DNA of 63,877 nucleotides, counting the filler, from Pseudogymnoascus verrucosus (lineage: Eukaryota), in assembly GCA_001662655.1 (NCBI GenBank). It is 7 parts of 7 records of this genome, joined end to end, with 100 filler letters (N's around TTAATTAATTAA, not from the genome) between each part and the next. Parts side by side here need not be neighbours in the genome. Positions count along the whole stretch, not along the records: positions 58,487 to 63,877 come from KV460322.1; 6 more parts are not named here. One strand, given 5' to 3'. The notes beneath the pieces were generated by a model that worked only from the letters and a program-made list of their open reading frames with translations, did no database searches and was not told the origin of the DNA. Positions 62,478 to 63,877 of the stretch are shown piece after piece; positions within the stretch are counted from its first letter, which is position 1; every line of letters begins with the position of its first letter. Position numbers and translations under genes: made by a program.

Positions 62478-63877
62478 ATGGTGAAGCGTAGGAGTATAAA
62501 GGCTCAAGAGCGTGATTTTCGACTTTCTGAAGCTATTTTAGGAATACAGACTGGAAAATACAAATCTGCAAATGCTGCAGCTATAGCCTTAGGGCTAAGG
62601 CCAGACACTATACGGAGACGCGTTAGTGGTATACACTGTACACAAGCAGAAGCGCAACTACATAATCAGCTACTATCAAAAAATCAAGAACAGATACTCT
62701 TAAAGTGGATTAAGGAGCTTACTGCAAGCGGCTACGCTCCTAGCCATCGGATATTACGGGAGGTTGCAGATGAAGTCCGGTCAAATAAGTGTCGCGTTTT
62801 TCAGCCTCAACTACAACACCTACAACAACTACAACAACAACAACAACAACAACAACAACTACAACCTAAGTTACCTCTTGGGCAAGATTGGGTTCCACGA
62901 TTCATTCAAAGGCATCCTAACTTACGTGTTAAGTTAGGACGTAGAGTTGAGGCACAAAGGATGAATGGGGTCACAAAGCAGGTGTTGAAGGGGTGGTTTG
63001 ACGCGTATAAGAGCCTTATAACAGAGCAAAAAATCGAAAACTACAACACCTATAACATGGACGAGACTGGATTTTCAATTGGAACTATGCAATCTACACG
63101 AATTATAGTCGACTCTACGCTCCGTACGCGATTTCAAGCACATCCAGGAAGGCAGGAATGGGTCTCTGCTGTTGAGTGCATCTGTATGGACGGAACAGCT
63201 ATTGAGCCCCTTATTATATTTAAGGGCCAGAACATCCTACAAAGCTGGATTCCAAAGGAGGTTATACAAAAATGGCACTTCTCTGCAAATACAAAAGGAT
63301 GGACAAGCAATCTTCATGGATTAGAGTGGCTAAAACGCGTTTTTGAGCCCTCTACGAGAGCAAAAGCAACACAAAATGGACGACTACAGCAACGGCTCCT
63401 AATTTGCGATGGCCATGATAGCCATATAAGTGGAAGCTTTATATCACACTGTATTCAAAATCGAATATCACTCCTTATACTACCTCCTCATACATCTCAT
63501 GTTCTACAGCCACTTGATATTTCGATTTTTGGGCCCTTAAAGCAACACCTTACAACTGCTCTCTCACACCTAAATGAGGCACAACTCCTACGAATACAGA
63601 AAGCAGAGTGGTTAGAAGCATATATAAAAGCAAGAGAATTAGCATTTTCTAACTTAAATATTACTTCTGCATGGAGAGGAAGTGGGCTACAGCCATTCCA
63701 GCCACAAACAGTCATTCGAGCAGCTACGCTTCCTACTATAGACGTTATAGTAGAACGACCACATACTCCTACAGAGCATGATATTTTTGAGAAGGTATTC
63801 TTAAACAGCAGTCCACCTGATTTTAATACCCTTCAAAAAGCGAATACTGTGCTCTCTACAGCCTTAAATCAAGGTGT
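62478..63877 (+). CDS. Apparently intact pogo/Fot1-type DD35D transposase (3' end beyond the window; absent from the ORF track)
   Basis: Manual translation from ATG 62478 shows no stop to the window end. It has two HTH regions and NMDETG, ICDGHDSH and LQPLD, with 35 residues between the last two Asp. Confidence 0.9.
   Translation, partial: MVKRRSIKAQERDFRLSEAILGIQTGKYKSANAAAIALGLRPDTIRRRVSGIHCTQAEAQLHNQLLSKNQEQILLKWIKELTASGYAPSHRILREVADEVRSNKCRVFQPQLQHLQQLQQQQQQQQQLQPKLPLGQDWVPRFIQRHPNLRVKLGRRVEAQRMNGVTKQVLKGWFDAYKSLITEQKIENYNTYNMDETGFSIGTMQSTRIIVDSTLRTRFQAHPGRQEWVSAVECICMDGTAIEPLIIFKGQNILQSWIPKEVIQKWHFSANTKGWTSNLHGLEWLKRVFEPSTRAKATQNGRLQQRLLICDGHDSHISGSFISHCIQNRISLLILPPHTSHVLQPLDISIFGPLKQHLTTALSHLNEAQLLRIQKAEWLEAYIKARELAFSNLNITSAWRGSGLQPFQPQTVIRAATLPTIDVIVERPHTPTEHDIFEKVFLNSSPPDFNTLQKANTVLSTALNQG

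Larger units (their letters stand above)
61895..63877 (+). mobile_element. pogo/Fot1-like transposon, TIR core C(A/G)GACCGGCT, continuing beyond the window
   Basis: 5' TIR at 61895, nested MITE in the 5' UTR, open transposase frame. Confidence 0.92.

Noticed and set aside
1..63877. Starship giant element, telomere or rRNA/tRNA genes
   Set aside because: No DUF3435 tyrosine recombinase, TTAGGG arrays or RNA-gene signatures were recognised in the window.

Overview
Filamentous ascomycete (Pezizomycotina) genomic DNA from a draft assembly. It has spliceosomal introns, six artificial N44-TTAATTAATTAA-N44 contig joins and several other N gaps. Positions 1-10 kb are ordinary euchromatin: a GH2 beta-mannosidase, a Zn2Cys6 transcription factor and a GH7 endoglucanase with CBM1. 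From ~10.2 kb onward, AT-rich, RIP-mutated transposon nests alternate with small gene islands. The islands hold a HeLo-like/ubiquitin-like/Ssn6-like-TPR fusion gene, an HRI1-family gene, a NACHT-WD40 NLR, an M14 zinc carboxypeptidase, a small Myb-like ORF, a class I hydrophobin and an ABCC transporter pseudogene. The nests are dominated by one pogo/Fot1-like (DD35D) DNA transposon family and its MITEs. All members share a TIR frame, ACGTA(A/G)GTC(A/G) followed by two 17-bp repeats, but the repeat core occurs in more than 20 different sequences within this window. The transposase N-terminal HTH varies with that core, while the second HTH and catalytic domain are nearly identical. This looks like a lock-and-key diversification system, and one common non-coding MITE body carries many of the keys. 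Split TSDs and a split TIR also indicate a 4.56-kb inversion bounded by two inverted MITE copies, which flips the HeLo-TPR gene. All calls were made by eye; no database searches were run.
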